Source of the DNA: Octopus vulgaris
Lineage: Eukaryota
DNA length: 64,000 nt
Direction of reading: 5' to 3'
Assembly (NCBI GenBank): GCA_951406725.2
Contig: OX597821.1
Location: forward strand, 42,904,001 to 42,968,000
Shown: in pieces, positions 12,393 through 25,589 of the stretch
Layout of the letters: each line of letters starts with the position of its first letter
Position numbering within the stretch: the stretch's first letter is position 1
Notes under the pieces: model-generated
Databases searched by the model: none
Told to the model about the DNA's origin: nothing
Seen by the model: the letters and a program-made list of their open reading frames with translations, nothing else
Translations under genes and position numbers: made by a program

Positions 12393-14941
12393 GTAGGTAT
12401 TCTTATATCAGTAAGGACATCTCACAATCATACATGTTTCTTTCTTAATTCAATTATTTCTATTATCACAGCTCTCAGACCACTTCTATCTCTTTTCTAA
12501 TACTTCCTCTTCTTAAACCCCAATCTCACTGAGACTGATATTCTCTTCTTTGGTTTCCTTTCAAATGCTAACAAACCCTGCCTAAATTCAAAACTAAATT
12601 TATCCACATTATCTATATTTAGTAAGTCTCTAATATATTTAATTTTTTATATTTCATCTAAGCATTGTTAAAGATGTGTGTTAATGTGGGTTTAATTGTT
12701 ACCTCTGAGATGGATTTTTGCTACTTTTGGATGGTGTATTTGTTAAGTATCCTCACTCTTTTACATAAAGAATTTCTGGTGTGGTTGATGTGATTTTCTT
12801 TGCGACCACATCAGTGTATACAATATATGAGGTTTGCTGTTTTGCAGATCATGTCTTCATTTATCTTGAGGGATCAAACATTTTTTAATTCTATTTCAGC
12901 ACCAATTTCTAAGTGCTTGTAATTTTCATTACTACATATTCTACATCTGCTATCTCCACAAGTTTGTACAGAAAATTCTTGGTTACTTCCTGAAGTGAAT
13001 TTTGCCCTTGTCAGGTTTTTCTTGAGGCCTTTTGGTTGATAATTGGGCTTTTGAGTCCTTTATTTTTGTGCTCTGGAACAGGATTGGGAGATTTACTTTG
13101 AGAGAAGTGAATATATTTGACATTCTTGGGTCATACCTGTGGACAAACAAGACTACATTCTCTTCAAATTTTTGTTTTCATGTCCCGAGTTGAAATACAC
13201 CTCATTCATTTGCTTTTTTCTTACGGCTGTCTATTAATTTCAGGGTATAATTTTGCAGTTTTAGAAAGCCTCTCACTACTTCTGTTCACATTTTTCATCA
13301 TTCAGGATTGGCCATAATTGTGCATATGCATCCTAGCATGCTGTACGACATATTTTTTTTAATATGGATTGATGAAATGAGTTAAAATTTAAATATTGGT
13401 GTGTATTAGTTTTTTAAAATTTTTTATAGAATATGTCACTTGTGATCCTGATATTGGATAATTGTATGAGAACATCCAAGAATGGTTGTCCTTTTTCACT
13501 ATATGCCATTGTAAATTTAATGAAATTTAACCCTATTATCTGGTTGTAAGTTTCTGAGTTTTCCATGTCTTCTGTTTTGTCCACCTTCCTCCCCTTATAT
13601 ACACATTAATCCTCCAGTATTGCCTTAGGAAAATTTAGGGCATAACTACAGATTTCTATCTTTGGATGGGGGTGGGGACACAGAAATAGGACATAGGAAT
13701 TTTGGGGGAAAACAATCGGGGGTTATTTTTGAGAACCATTCTCCACTCGGGGGTATTTCAGAACAAGTCATCCATATTTGTTTCATTTTCTCCGTTTTGT
13801 GCATTTGTGCATCAGTAGATTTCTACTGAAGCCACAAACAGGCAATGAAAGCAAAGGAAGCCCTCACCAGAAAACTCATGCTAAAAATAACAGCTAAAGG
13901 TCTGGTACACAGAAATATGCGGACCTTTTCCTTTTGAACTGCAGTTTTCAACACAATTTCTAGTTAACTAAACACTTTTAAACTTCGTATACTGGTAGAA
14001 TGTGTCAAAATAAAACATTTTTTTCTCTTGGCTTTTTTGAGAAAATTGTAATTTGTAAGTTTAACGTAGTTTAATTTTTCAAGTTTTAAGCAACCCTATG
14101 GCCTCTATTTAGCTAAAATTATTTGCTGTGTCTAAAACTGAGACAACATCCTGTCACTAACTCTAACTCTAACCCTAACCCTCACCCTAACCCTAACCCT
14201 AACCCTAAATTTTAGTCTTTCATTTTTTTTTCTTAATTGTTAAATTAATTTGATTGTTACGCGTGTGTCTAAAATTATTTGTTTTGTTCTTGTTTTGAGT
14301 TTTTGCTTTCATTTTAGCCTTTCGTTTTTTTTTTCTTAATTGTTAAATTAAAATTATTTTCCATTGCTTTCGTTTTTTTTTTCTTAATTGTTATCCTTAA
14401 ATTAAGGATAACAATTAAGAAAAAAAAAAACGAAAGGCTAAAATTTAGGGTTAGGGTTAGGGTTAGGGTTAGTGACAGTATGTTGTCTGTTTTAGACGCA
14501 GCAAATGATTTTAGCTCAAAAGAGGCGATTGGTTGGTTAAAATTCGAAAAAGTAAACTACGTTAAACTTAGAAATTACAATTTTCTCAAGAAAGCCAAGA
14601 GAAAAAAATGTTTTATCTTGACACATTCTACCAGTATACGAAGTTTAAAAGTGTTTAGTTAACTAGAAATTGTGTTGAAAACTGTTGTTCAAAAGGAAAA
14701 GATCAAAATATGCTATTAAGACAACTTATCTGTTGTGTACGATTTTTTTACACTTTAAGTAAATTCCCAGGTAAACGTTTCTAATAGAAAAGCAGAAGAC
14801 ACCAGAAGCAAAAATAAGGAATATACTCATAGTTAAATATAGAAGTGTAAAGTATAATTTGTTGCATAATCTCTATAATAAACATGATATTGAATGAAAT
14901 GATTCCCTGTTTGAACTTTTTAATTACATATATATGTGTGT

Positions 14942-14980
<39 letters not shown>

Positions 14981-15230
14981 TAAGTAGAAATCTACGGATG
15001 CACAAACGCTCAAAACGGAGAAAGTGAAATGAATATGGACGACTTGCTCTCAACGGTTCTCAAAAATAGCCCCCAATTGTTTTCTCCCCAAATTCCCATG
15101 TCCTCGGAATCTACATAGTCTGAGGTATATTTGTAGAGAATTTCATTGGAAAAAAATCCATTTTCTTGAAAGTTAAGATGAATTGAAGTGATGATGATGA
15201 TTATTATTCATGTCGTCATCGTCGTCGTCG

Positions 15231-15261
<31 letters not shown>

Positions 15262-18200
15262 TATTATTATTTAGCGTTTTCATTCTATTCTTGAGATTTC
15301 AATTTTTCCAACATAGGTTGTCATTGGATGTGGGAAATTGTTGGAATGTTAGTTAATGGTTCTGCTGAATATAATCCAGAACACAAGAGTGTTGCAATGA
15401 TGGAACTGATGGACCAAGACCAACTAGACCAGTTTCCATCACCCAGAGTTCTAAACAGCCACCTGTTCTTGCATCATTTACCAAAAGAGATATTTACCAA
15501 AAAACCTAAAATGATTCTCATGACACGCAACCCTCGTGATGTTACTGTTTCTGCCTACCATCACACATTTCAGCTTAAGTTATTGTATCAGTATGATGGA
15601 GATTGGAATGGCTTCTTTGAGTTGTTTTTTGATGGTAAATGTATGTATAATCTTTTTCTCAATCATTTAAAAAATTTTTCTGAAGATTAGCTTATTTTGT
15701 TAATTACCACCAAAACCAGCACCAGCACCAGCACCACCACTACCACCGCTACCACCACCACCACCATCACCACCACCAATACTACCGCCACCAATACCAT
15801 CACCATCACCACCACCACCACCATCATCGTCATCATTATTATCATCATTGTTTATGTCAATTCCTGTAGATTTCTTTGTTCTTCATTAATGATGAGCTGA
15901 CTAATCATCTTAATTGTCTAAGATCTTTAGCATACACAATGTGGCAAGAAATCTAACTATTAGTTCCATCCACAAATGCAGATTCAACCATCAACCTAGA
16001 TAGGGTTTAAAGCAAACACACATATTTGCATGGAAATAAATAACAACACAGTAAAACAATAATTAAAACAAGATATAATTTGAAGAAATGCATACCATGA
16101 TTTTGCTAATTGTTTTAGGTGCTTACTAATCATGAGAAGACATAGACTCCTTCACAGTCCTCTCACCTTTGGCTCAGTAGAACATCCAGGACGGGACAGC
16201 TGGAGGGATGACTCATTTTAAGCTGAATAAACTGGAGCAACGTGAAATGAAATGCTTTGCTCAAGGATATAGTGTGCTACCCATTCCAGGAATCAAACTT
16301 ACAACTTTATGTTCATGAGCCCAACACTCTAATCACCAGGCCACAACTGCGCTTCCCAACACATTTAGATTTGAATTTTTTATCTCATAATGAAGCTTCT
16401 TGAATGTGTTAGTTTACAACTGGACAACCATTCACTCAATAGTTAAACTCTTCTCTGGTTATATGTATTATTATGTCTGATTTTCTCTAACAGAATCAGT
16501 TCAGATAATGGAATGTCTCTGGACCTAACGTTGGTGAATTGTTATGATTATACTCTCCTCCTTTATACCAGCTTCTTTTCCAAATATTTACCTTTTCTCT
16601 TTTGATTTACATTACATTGATCTGTTGTTATAATTTCTTCTTTCTTTGAGGTCAGTCTGGATATTTAAGATTGAAAACATCCCAAATTCTTTGTCCCCCT
16701 TGCCTTCGATATTTTCTGGTCTAGTAGGGTAACTGCTTTATACTGGTTAGCAATTAACAAGTCAATGATTTTTCTATCTTCTCTCTAAGTCAGTTATAAA
16801 TGAATGTGATTTTAATGTCAATCCACACACCTTATACATGCCAAAGGATGACATGTAAGGTTACTCAGTCTCAGGAATGTTAAATTCATTTTTCTATAGA
16901 ACAATAACTCTATATAAATACATAATTTACATATGTTCCACCCAATCCAATCTATTTCTTTAGTGATATGTATTAGTGTTATAGTAATTTGGTTTATCTA
17001 TTTTGATGTGCTTCAATTCTTTTAGATGTTCTTCAATTACCAAGGCAGATTCATGTCTCAATGACTGTCATGTTATGTTACTCATTATTCATATATCTCA
17101 ATGAAATATTATGTTATTTCTTATTCTATAAAACATCAACTATGTATTCATAATGTATTTATGTCCCACCCATTCTAAGTTCTTATATCAATTAAATATA
17201 TTGAAATAATGAAAAATATAATTATCCAGTCTACAGTTCAAATTGCTTTTAATACATTATTTCTAGGTTGAGCTGGTCTGCTAAAAAGTGGGCTATAGGC
17301 AGCAGATGGTGATATGACAGCTGTTTATAGTGGTTACTTGTACTATAAGTTAGCTCCTACTAGATGAATAATTAACTCCAGACTTAACAGTGGTATGCTA
17401 TTGGGGAAGCTGGACCAATGGGTGGGTGTCACTGTTAACTAAAATGAAATGAAGATAATGTAGGAGAATTTCAGAAAAATATAATCTTGTGACATGAGGT
17501 AGACAGGCCATAGTTAAAAAAAACAATTTAAATAGAATGAACAAATACTATATTAAATATATAACAGAAAGAACAACTATTATAGTCAAACTTACATCAG
17601 CATTTATTCACATAAATAAGCAGATCAATATAAGTAAAAAAAAAATTAACTAAAATTCACTCAAAAAGTTTAACACATAAGAAAATACACTTAAGTAAAT
17701 GCATGTAATACTTATAATAATTATAATACTGTAGAAATTAGAAAATCAAAACTATTATGGAAAAAAAGCCTCACTGGTATGCAAAGGTTTGAATTTTAGG
17801 ATAGCCTTATAAATTTTATAGTAACATGACATAATAATTCTGAGAGTTTATTTAATAAAATGTTTTTAGAAAATAGTATTAGCTTGGCTTCTTCAAGCGA
17901 TAAATTGAAAACCTTTTTGTCAGTAATGCAAGGAGGAGCATGTTTCACTAGATTCCATTTAATATTCATTTCAAATTTTGACTTAGAGCCAGCGATTTCA
18001 TGGGGGGAGGATAAGTTGATTACATTGACACCACTGAAAGGAAAAGTTGATCTTGGCAAAATTTGAACTCAGAACATAAAGATAGATAAAATGTTTAGGA
18101 TATCTAAATGAATATTCATGAAAATAAAACTTATTTTTAAATGCATTACTAGTGGGGCTGATATAAACTTTAAAAGTACTAACAGTGGTAACATTACACT

Positions 18201-20879
18201 TATGAAGGACATACTTAGTTAAACAATTAAATCTGAGTGGGCATTGATTAGATTCATTTACAATTGTAGTTTGATGTGGTAGGATTATTAGCAGGATACA
18301 ATTTAACCAAGTTTGAAGATGCAAAGTTATGTGCAAAGTTAGGTGGAGGAGAATAAGACAGTTTAGCAATATTATTATATATTTTTTTATGACGTGGTAG
18401 GATTATTAGCAGGATACAGCTGTATCAATGCTCAATGAGAAATTATTCTTTAGGATAAAAAAAGTTAATTTTGACTAGAAACAAACTGAAAGGAAGTTTA
18501 TACCAACAGTTTCTACTTTTTTTTATTCTATTAATTTTAGGAATATATTGAAGATTTTCACAATAGACGCTGACTATAGCCTTGTAACAACAGTGAGAAT
18601 CATCTTTTAAAAATTCATTTTTAAATTTGAAATGTTTTTGATTTAATTATTAATTTAGGAAAATTAGAAAGTCTGAGCAGATGTTTTTAAGATTTATTAG
18701 GTTTGTGATATCTGTAATATAAACCATTATAAAGGTTGAGGGTCATATCAAGGGAATTTGCAACAGAACAGTTTAGTTTCAATAGAGATTGTAAGATATT
18801 TTTTTAAAGAAGTGCTGTAGTTCTGTTCTTATTGTGTTATCATACTTATTCTGTATGTTTACTGTGGGTTTGTACTTGCAAGTGTGAGAAGACCATATTC
18901 ATTGTATAAATCTGTTGTGATAAGAGATAATTTCATTTTCATTTAGTTAAATAAGTACAAACCAGCAAGGTCAATCACTTCTGCTATATCAGTAACTCTT
19001 ATGCTAATGTTGAAAGGCATTTGAGAAGTTTTTCTAACCCCAAGAAAATACTCAAAGTTAATTACTGTTTTTCTAGTTAATTACTGATATTTTAGTTAAT
19101 AAAATAATGTCATTATTCGACAGTTAAATATGTGAAAAAAGATTTTACAAATTCCATAATTTTATTGCATACATAGCTTGAATTGGGATATAGTGCTTAT
19201 GTACATTAAACTGAATGAATGTAATACAGTTTTTATGAAGGAAAGAGTTAAAACAGTGAATTATAGCCAGGATATTTTCCCAAAGTTTCAGTTGAAGGTT
19301 TTGAAAATCTTGTCTAATATAATCTTGTGAAGGTGACAAATAATATATTTAGAAGAGTTAATCAGGCAAATAGAAGGGATTTTGTTAAAATGAGTTTTAT
19401 GACATCAATTTATAACCAAGAGTTAGGTATGGTTTTTAACGTGTAGTTTGGTTGTTCTTTTTATGTTCTGGTAGTTGATTCTGTCAGATTTATTAAGTTC
19501 TAGTCTAGTTTTTTGTGATCTTTAGTTAATGTATCACAGATAAATGGATGGTATGATTTAAAAAAAAATCAAGATGGCAATAATTAACTGTTTTATTTGA
19601 ACGAATATAAATCGCCTTAGAATTCTATATATCTTTGGTCTTGTGTAGATCTTGGTGGAAAAGACTGTTTCCCTCCACACATAATGCGTTAAACTAACTT
19701 ATATAACTCATCCTTAAAGTTTCCTTTCTGAAAAGAGTTTACAGGATGTAGGTTCATCATCTAATTTGTTTAATGTTTAATGAAGTCAGTGTCTTTCAGT
19801 GATAAACTTGTCCATTTGGAAAGGTATTATTCTTCCTGGAAATGTCTAAATATTGTTTCTGCGTATTTGAGATATAGTTAAAAGGACATGTTTGAGAAAG
19901 GAGTGAATGAATTATAATGATTGGTTCATGAATTATGAATCTGAGAAGGCAATAACTAAAAGAAAGAGGCTTAATAAAAGAAAGAGTGAATGAATAACAT
20001 TTTTTTAAATAAATAAATACTTGACAATAGTAAAATGGCTTCAATGCTTAAGTATTTTCTCAAAGATATATTGGTAAAGCAAAGTAAGTTTATATAGAAT
20101 AGGAATAAAGGGTTTGCAAAATTTAAAAAGAAGAGGCAAAATATAAAGACAGATACAGACACAGATATATTCATTCAGAAACAAATTAACTTTTACACTA
20201 ACAGGCAAATATACATAAATATAACCCATGCCAGCATGGAAAGCAGACATTAAACGACAACGATGATGATGACAGATATATAGTCACACACACACACACA
20301 AGTACATCTAACTCAATAGATACACAATTTGATGAATATATGTATATCCTCACACATAAATGAACAAGTACACATCTAGTCACACTCACTGAAAATCTAT
20401 GTTTCATTGTTTCAGTGAATTACGGTAACTTGTTTGAATATATGCTCCAGTGGGAGAAGGACATTAATGACCATCCGGAACTACCCATTTTGATAGTTAA
20501 ATATGAAGACCTCAAAAAGGTGAAATATCTTTTGTTTACTAAAAGCTGAAATTTATTTTGCTGTTTCATGGTGTGTATGTATCTTTTTACAATTTATATG
20601 TTAAAACTGTACTAAAATAGTTACTTTGCTGATATTTCATAGTGTTTGTATGTGTAATGTTTTTTTTTTAATATTTACTTTAGGATTTAGTTGGCAATGT
20701 GGCTAAAGTGGCTGAGTTTTTAGGCCTTCCTAAAAATGACCAACTTTTTAAAGATATTGCTGACAAATGTACTTTTGACAAAATGAAGGCAGCAAAACCT
20801 CCTCACACTGAATCTTTTCGAACTCCTGGTGAATCATTTTTCCGTAAAGGTACGATCTTTGATTTATATTTTCATTTTG

Positions 20880-20930
<51 letters not shown>

Positions 20931-21620
20931 GGCGCAGGAGTGGCTGTGTGGTAAGTAGCTTCTTTACCAACCACATGGTTCTGGGTTCAGTCCCACTGCG
21001 TGGCACCTTGGGCAAGTGTCTTCTGCTATAGCCCTGGGCCGACCAATGCCTTGTGAGTGGATTTGGTAGACGGAAACTGAAAGAAGCCTGTCGTATATAT
21101 GTATATATATATATGTATGTATGTGTGTGTTTGTGTGTCTGTATTTGTCCCCCTAGCATTGCTTGACAAACGATGCTGGTGTGTTTATGTCCCCCGTCAC
21201 TTAGCGGTTCGGCAAAAGAGACCGATTGAATAAGTACTGTGCTTACAAAGAATAAGTCCCGGGGTCGATTTGCTCGACTAAAGGCGGTGCTCCAGCATGG
21301 CCGCAGTCAAATGACTGAAACAAGTACAAGAGTAATACAAGAGTAATAATTATTATTATTATTATTATTATTATTTTTATTATTCAGGGACCTTTTGAGC
21401 AGGATGGGCTACTCAACCTGAAGAAAATTCTAACTGGGCCCCACCTGCAAGGTTATGCGTTGTTTATCTTGACATGAAATCACCATGTCGTGCACATATG
21501 GTTGTGATGCATGTGCCTGGTGTACCCTTATGAGACAGGTAGGTAGTCTTGATGGGTAAATTGGGCTTTGTATATATGTACCCCAGTGTCACTTTGATGC
21601 CATGTGCTGCTCTCTCACTC

Positions 21621-21651
<31 letters not shown>

Positions 21652-21813
21652 GAAAATTGCACTACTAGGCACTGCACACATCCTACGCTGAACACTTTCC
21701 ATACAATAACCATCAGAGCATCATAAAAAATCACAGCACATACCTAAGGCACACAGAGCTGCGCTCGGTAGTGAAGTGAAAGCACGCTATAAAAATAAAA
21801 CTACTGAATGATG

Positions 21814-21862
<49 letters not shown>

Positions 21863-21885
21863 TAATAATAATAATAATGATAATA

Positions 21886-21949
<64 letters not shown>

Positions 21950-22922
21950 TAATAATAATAGTCATCATCATTATTATCATCATCACCACCATCATCATCA
22001 TCATCATCATTATTATTTCAACAACTGTTTTTCCGTGCTTGGATGGGTTAAATGGAATTTGTTAAGATAGATTCCTTATAGCCATATGCCCTTCTTACCA
22101 CCAATCTTCACCTGTTTCCAAGTATGGTAATATTTCCTATAGTCAAATATGTTTTTCATGGAAGATTGGAAAGAGACAACATCTCTTGTATGATATTGAT
22201 GCTCATTTACAACCAACTTGTGATGTCTAGAAAATGTATTATACCCTCTCTGTGTGCTAAGTAAATCTCTCAGTGAGAACAGATCAACATTAAAATGATT
22301 AAATGAGTCTAATATAACTAAACAAGATCAGATGCCTTGTATTTGCTTCAGCTCTTTGCTTTTTGAGTTCAAATCCCATAGTGGCCTACCTTCCTTCCTC
22401 CATCTCTCCCCCAAGTTTCAGAGGCCTTTAAATCATCAAAGGTGCTGCCTTACATCCTAGCCATACTGAAACTGTATAGAAACCAGCTGGATGGATTGTA
22501 CCTGTAATTCCAAGATATAGTCTTGTCACACATAATGTCATATTGATTCTGCTTGAGAATTACGATGATGATGATGTGTCTGTGGAATACTCAGTCATTT
22601 ACACATTAATTCAATGAGCAAGTAATTAACTTGATCAAACAACTGAATCCTCCACATCATAAAAACCAATGGAGAACCATCCATTCATCCAACCAACCTT
22701 TTGGTATTGACCACATTACAGTATTTAATGTTACTCTGATTGAGGCATATAAAAGACAGCTTCTTATTATAGACATGAAATTCTTACAGCTAAAGTCTCT
22801 TCTATTTTACAGGTGTTGTTGGTGACTGGAAGAATTGGTTCACAGTTTCTCAGTATGAGAGATTCCAAGTGGAATGTGACAAATTTGACAAGCAGTCTAC
22901 GTTGTTTAGTACAAAGTACTAA
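12227..22922 (+). CDS. SULT: Cytosolic PAPS-dependent sulfotransferase, copy A: join(12227..12392,15317..15640,20416..20519,20684..20849,22813..22922), 289 aa
   Basis: All introns are GT-AG with phases 1,1,0,1, giving an 870-nt open frame. Motifs: RDDD, 5'-PSB YFKAGCHW, catalytic His in PRVLNSHL, 3'-PB RNPRDVTVS, YEDLK, RKGVVGDWKNWFT and the KxxxTVxxxE dimerisation motif. Confidence 0.95.
12650..13600 (-). mobile_element. Penelope-like element remnant (RT C-terminus and GIY-YIG endonuclease)
   Basis: The minus strand reads IKFTMAYSEKGQPFLDVLI and THQYLNF, then CKTANLIYCI. Many stops. Confidence 0.7.
13921..14705. mobile_element. Non-autonomous DNA transposon with long TIRs containing (TAACCC)n/(GGGTTA)n and an 8-bp TSD
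   Basis: Termini GGACCTTTTCCTTTTGAAC and GTTCAAAAGGAAAAGATCA; arms about 290 bp. TSD AAATATGC at 13913-13920 and 14706-14713. Confidence 0.9.
15317..15640 (+). CDS. SULT: SULT-A coding exon 2
   Basis: CHWMWEIV...PRVLNSHL...RNPRDVTVSAYHH...FFDGK; acceptor acatag, donor GTATGT. Confidence 0.95.
18700..20150 (-). mobile_element. Highly degraded Penelope-like RT remnant
   Basis: Only fragmentary minus-strand peptides (YKPT..., FNVHKHYIPIQ). Boundaries are approximate. Confidence 0.35.
20416..20519 (+). CDS. SULT: SULT-A coding exon 3
   Basis: (L)NYGNLFEYMLQWEKDINDHPELPILIVKYEDLKK; acceptor tttcag, donor GTGAAA. Not in the ORF track. Confidence 0.93.
20684..20849 (+). CDS. SULT: SULT-A coding exon 4
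   Basis: DLVGNVAKVAEFLG...CTFDKMK...FFRK-G; acceptor ctttag, donor GTACGA. Confidence 0.93.
20931..21344 (+). mobile_element. Full-length tRNA-derived SINE family 1
   Basis: A-box TGGCTGTGTGG, B-box GGTTCAGTCCC, an internal TA/TG microsatellite and a repeated AAGAGT tail. Multiple copies in the window. Confidence 0.9.
21650..21808 (+). mobile_element. 3' end of an R4/Dong-like LINE inserted in (AAT)n
   Basis: Reads QKIALLGTAHILR, like the R4/Dong ORF C-terminus. Flanked on both sides by (AAT)n. Confidence 0.65.
21809..22015. repeat. (AAT)n/(CAT)n microsatellite
   Basis: Directly visible. Confidence 0.95.
22813..22922 (+). CDS. SULT: SULT-A last coding exon
   Basis: (G)VVGDWKNWFTVSQYERFQVECDKFDKQSTLFSTKY*; acceptor ttttacag, TAA at 22920-22922. 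Confidence 0.93.
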
Positions 22923-23076
22923 ATATCACTTTAGTGTTATTATGACTTTCTCACAGACATCTTTATACTGCTAGTGTTAATATGTTTAATATCTTTATTG
23001 ATATCTGAAAAAAAACCCTTAATTCCTATATGTGTAGAATATGTTTTAAAATTGTTAGTTTAATAATAACAATAAT

Positions 23077-23555
23077 AATCCTTTCTACTAAAGGCACAAG
23101 GCCTGAAATTTGGGGGAGGGGGAAAGTTGATTACATTGACCCCAGTTCTCAGCTGGTACTTAATTTACTGACCCTGAAAGGATGAAAGGCAAAGTCAACG
23201 CTGGCAGAATGTATGAAGAGAAATATGTTTGCGGGTTATTAACATAACACCCTGGAGGAATGAATAAGATGACAGGAGAATATTATCAAATTTATACAAA
23301 ACTGTTTGAATAAAATATTCTTCTTTCTCTTTTTTTCTTTCCTTTTTTTCTGTTGTCTTTTTTTGTTTTTTCTGTCTTTTTCTTTTCGCCTGTTATAAAA
23401 TTGTATCTTAAAAACTGATGATGTCATTCCACCAACGTGTGGATGCTGGTTGCTCTCATTCATACTTTACATTTAAATTTCTATAATTTTGAATTTTTAT
23501 CACTTCTTATTTTGAACTTGACAAAGACATACTTACTGTAATACTAATGATAATG

Positions 23556-23604
<49 letters not shown>

Positions 23605-23850
23605 GGATTATTATTATTATCCTTTCTACTGGAAGCACAAGGCCTCAAATTTGGGGGAAGGGATTAAGTCAATTACATTGAACCCAGTGTGTAACTGGTA
23701 CTTAATTTATCGACCCCAAAACTATGAAAGGCAAAGCTGACCTCAGTGGATTTTGAACTCAGAATGTAGCGGCAGACGAAGTACCACTAAGCATTTCGAA
23801 ATACCACTAAGCAGTTTACCTGGCAATCTAATGATTCTGCCAGTTCACCA
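23077..23850 (-). mobile_element. Two copies of SINE family 2 (about 23077-23210 and 23618-23850)
   Basis: atcctttctact..gcacaaggcct..ttacattga(c/a)cccag..ctggtacttaattt..gaaaggcaaag. Related copies at about 17960, 36118, 38290, 39705 (+) and 44912. Confidence 0.8.
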
Positions 23851-23853
23851 CCT

Positions 23854-23923
<70 letters not shown>

Positions 23924-24180
23924 TAATATGGAATGACTCATGTACTGAGAAGAGCATTATTGCTGTGAAAACAACATCCATTCATGAATTTATTTATTTA
24001 TTAATTTTTTAAATACATATTTTACCTGTGAATTTGCGTGTGTAATCTGGGAATGCATACAATGAGCTTATCTGCCCTAGGTGTATGGAAAACACTCGGT
24101 GAGAAATGGAAGAAAATTTGAAGAAAGAAGAAAAAAACAAACAATAATGATGATGATGATGATGGTGATGATAATCCTTT

Positions 24181-24234
<54 letters not shown>

Positions 24235-25589
24235 TATATTGTGAGGTGTGTGAGTGTGTTGTTGTTGTGCTTATGTTTATCCTCCATCACTGTTTGACAA
24301 GTGATGTTGGAATGTTTACATCTCTGTAACTTAGCAACTCGACATAAGAGACTAATAGAATAAGTACCAGGTTTAAAGAAATAAAGAAAACATACTAGGG
24401 TCAATTCATTCAACCAAAAAATTTCTTCAAGATGGTGCCCCAGCTTGGCCACAGTCTAATGTCAGTCTAATAACTGTTATCATTGCCTTCATGTTCCCTT
24501 TACTTTGAGCATTTGAGTACACACATGTTGTGCTTTGACAGAGTTGGTTGCATTGAAAGATAATGCTGGTTTGAATTCCAATATACATGTGCATGTAGAT
24601 AAAGGAATAAAACAGAAAACCAGAAGGATAAAATGCAATGATTTATTCAACAACCTGTTAAAGTGCATTAACACGGCAAAGCTGTAGAGGTATATCTTGT
24701 CAGAAAATGCACAATGGTTTCTAATGCAATTGGCACATGATTTATGCAGTGTAGAACAGGAAAACAAATACATGACATAACTTCTGCTGAAGTATGCATG
24801 AAAGGATACCAGAGGCAGGCTGCCTGTAAAATAAGCTTCTATTCTACCGAACATCTGAACTCAACCATGCATCCCACTTCCCTGAAGAAATAGTGGGAAA
24901 GGTTTCCATATATAGCTGATGGTAGGCTTCAGGACACCAATGCAAATTTGGCTCACTTTGCCAGTCTAGCAAGGGGTCTGATTGGATAACTTAGAGCATC
25001 TAATTGATATGAACGGGTTTGGAAGATCAGCAAGACCTAGATCGATGTGTGATCAGGTCATGTAACCACTTGCAAAAAACAGGTGTACAAGCTGATATAC
25101 GCCCTATTTAAGCTTAAACAAGCAAAGTGTGAACATGCTTCTGCTGCAGTACAACAAGGGAAGTGAAAAAAGTGTACACACACAAGGTTTTCATGATGAA
25201 ATCAGACTTTTCTTTTGTAACTGAAAAAACTTGAGCAATGGTTATTTGTATGAATGCACACATACTTTGCAGAAAAATCTGAAATTTGCACACAATACAC
25301 ACAATTTTTGTGCATACTTACAGCAAAAACATAGAGGAACATTACATTGCATCAATGCATACTTGATGTACCATCTATTAACATGGGTTTTCATCAAGTA
25401 TTGATTAAAAGATATCGTAAATACTCTGTATATTTTACTAGAAGCTAAGACAGTAATACCTCACAAATTAATTACTATAAAGTATTCGAATGGTCAAGAA
25501 AAGCGCTTTAAAATAATTACTGTGTACCTGTTATTTTGGAGGACCAGATCGTAATAATGTTAAGTTGTCCCAGCACATGTTGCAGAAAA

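Noticed and set aside
12137-12448. ORF-track boundaries for SULT exons (also 15328-15690, 20699-21031 and 50895-51248)
   Set aside because: These ORFs run into introns. Splice sites conserved between the paralogues or in phase with adjacent exons define the real exons.
14157-14472. Telomere fusion scar or true chromosome end
   Set aside because: The repeats lie within the arms of a TSD-flanked transposon, and their orientation is opposite to an end-to-end fusion.
20931-21010. tRNA genes at SINE heads (also about 11260-11336 and 30162)
   Set aside because: A and B boxes are present but I see no complete cloverleaf, and each continues into a multicopy SINE body.
24490-25440. Possible hAT transposase remnant on the minus strand
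   Set aside because: Only weak Cys-rich hints (LCFCCK) and no termini found; too decayed to call.
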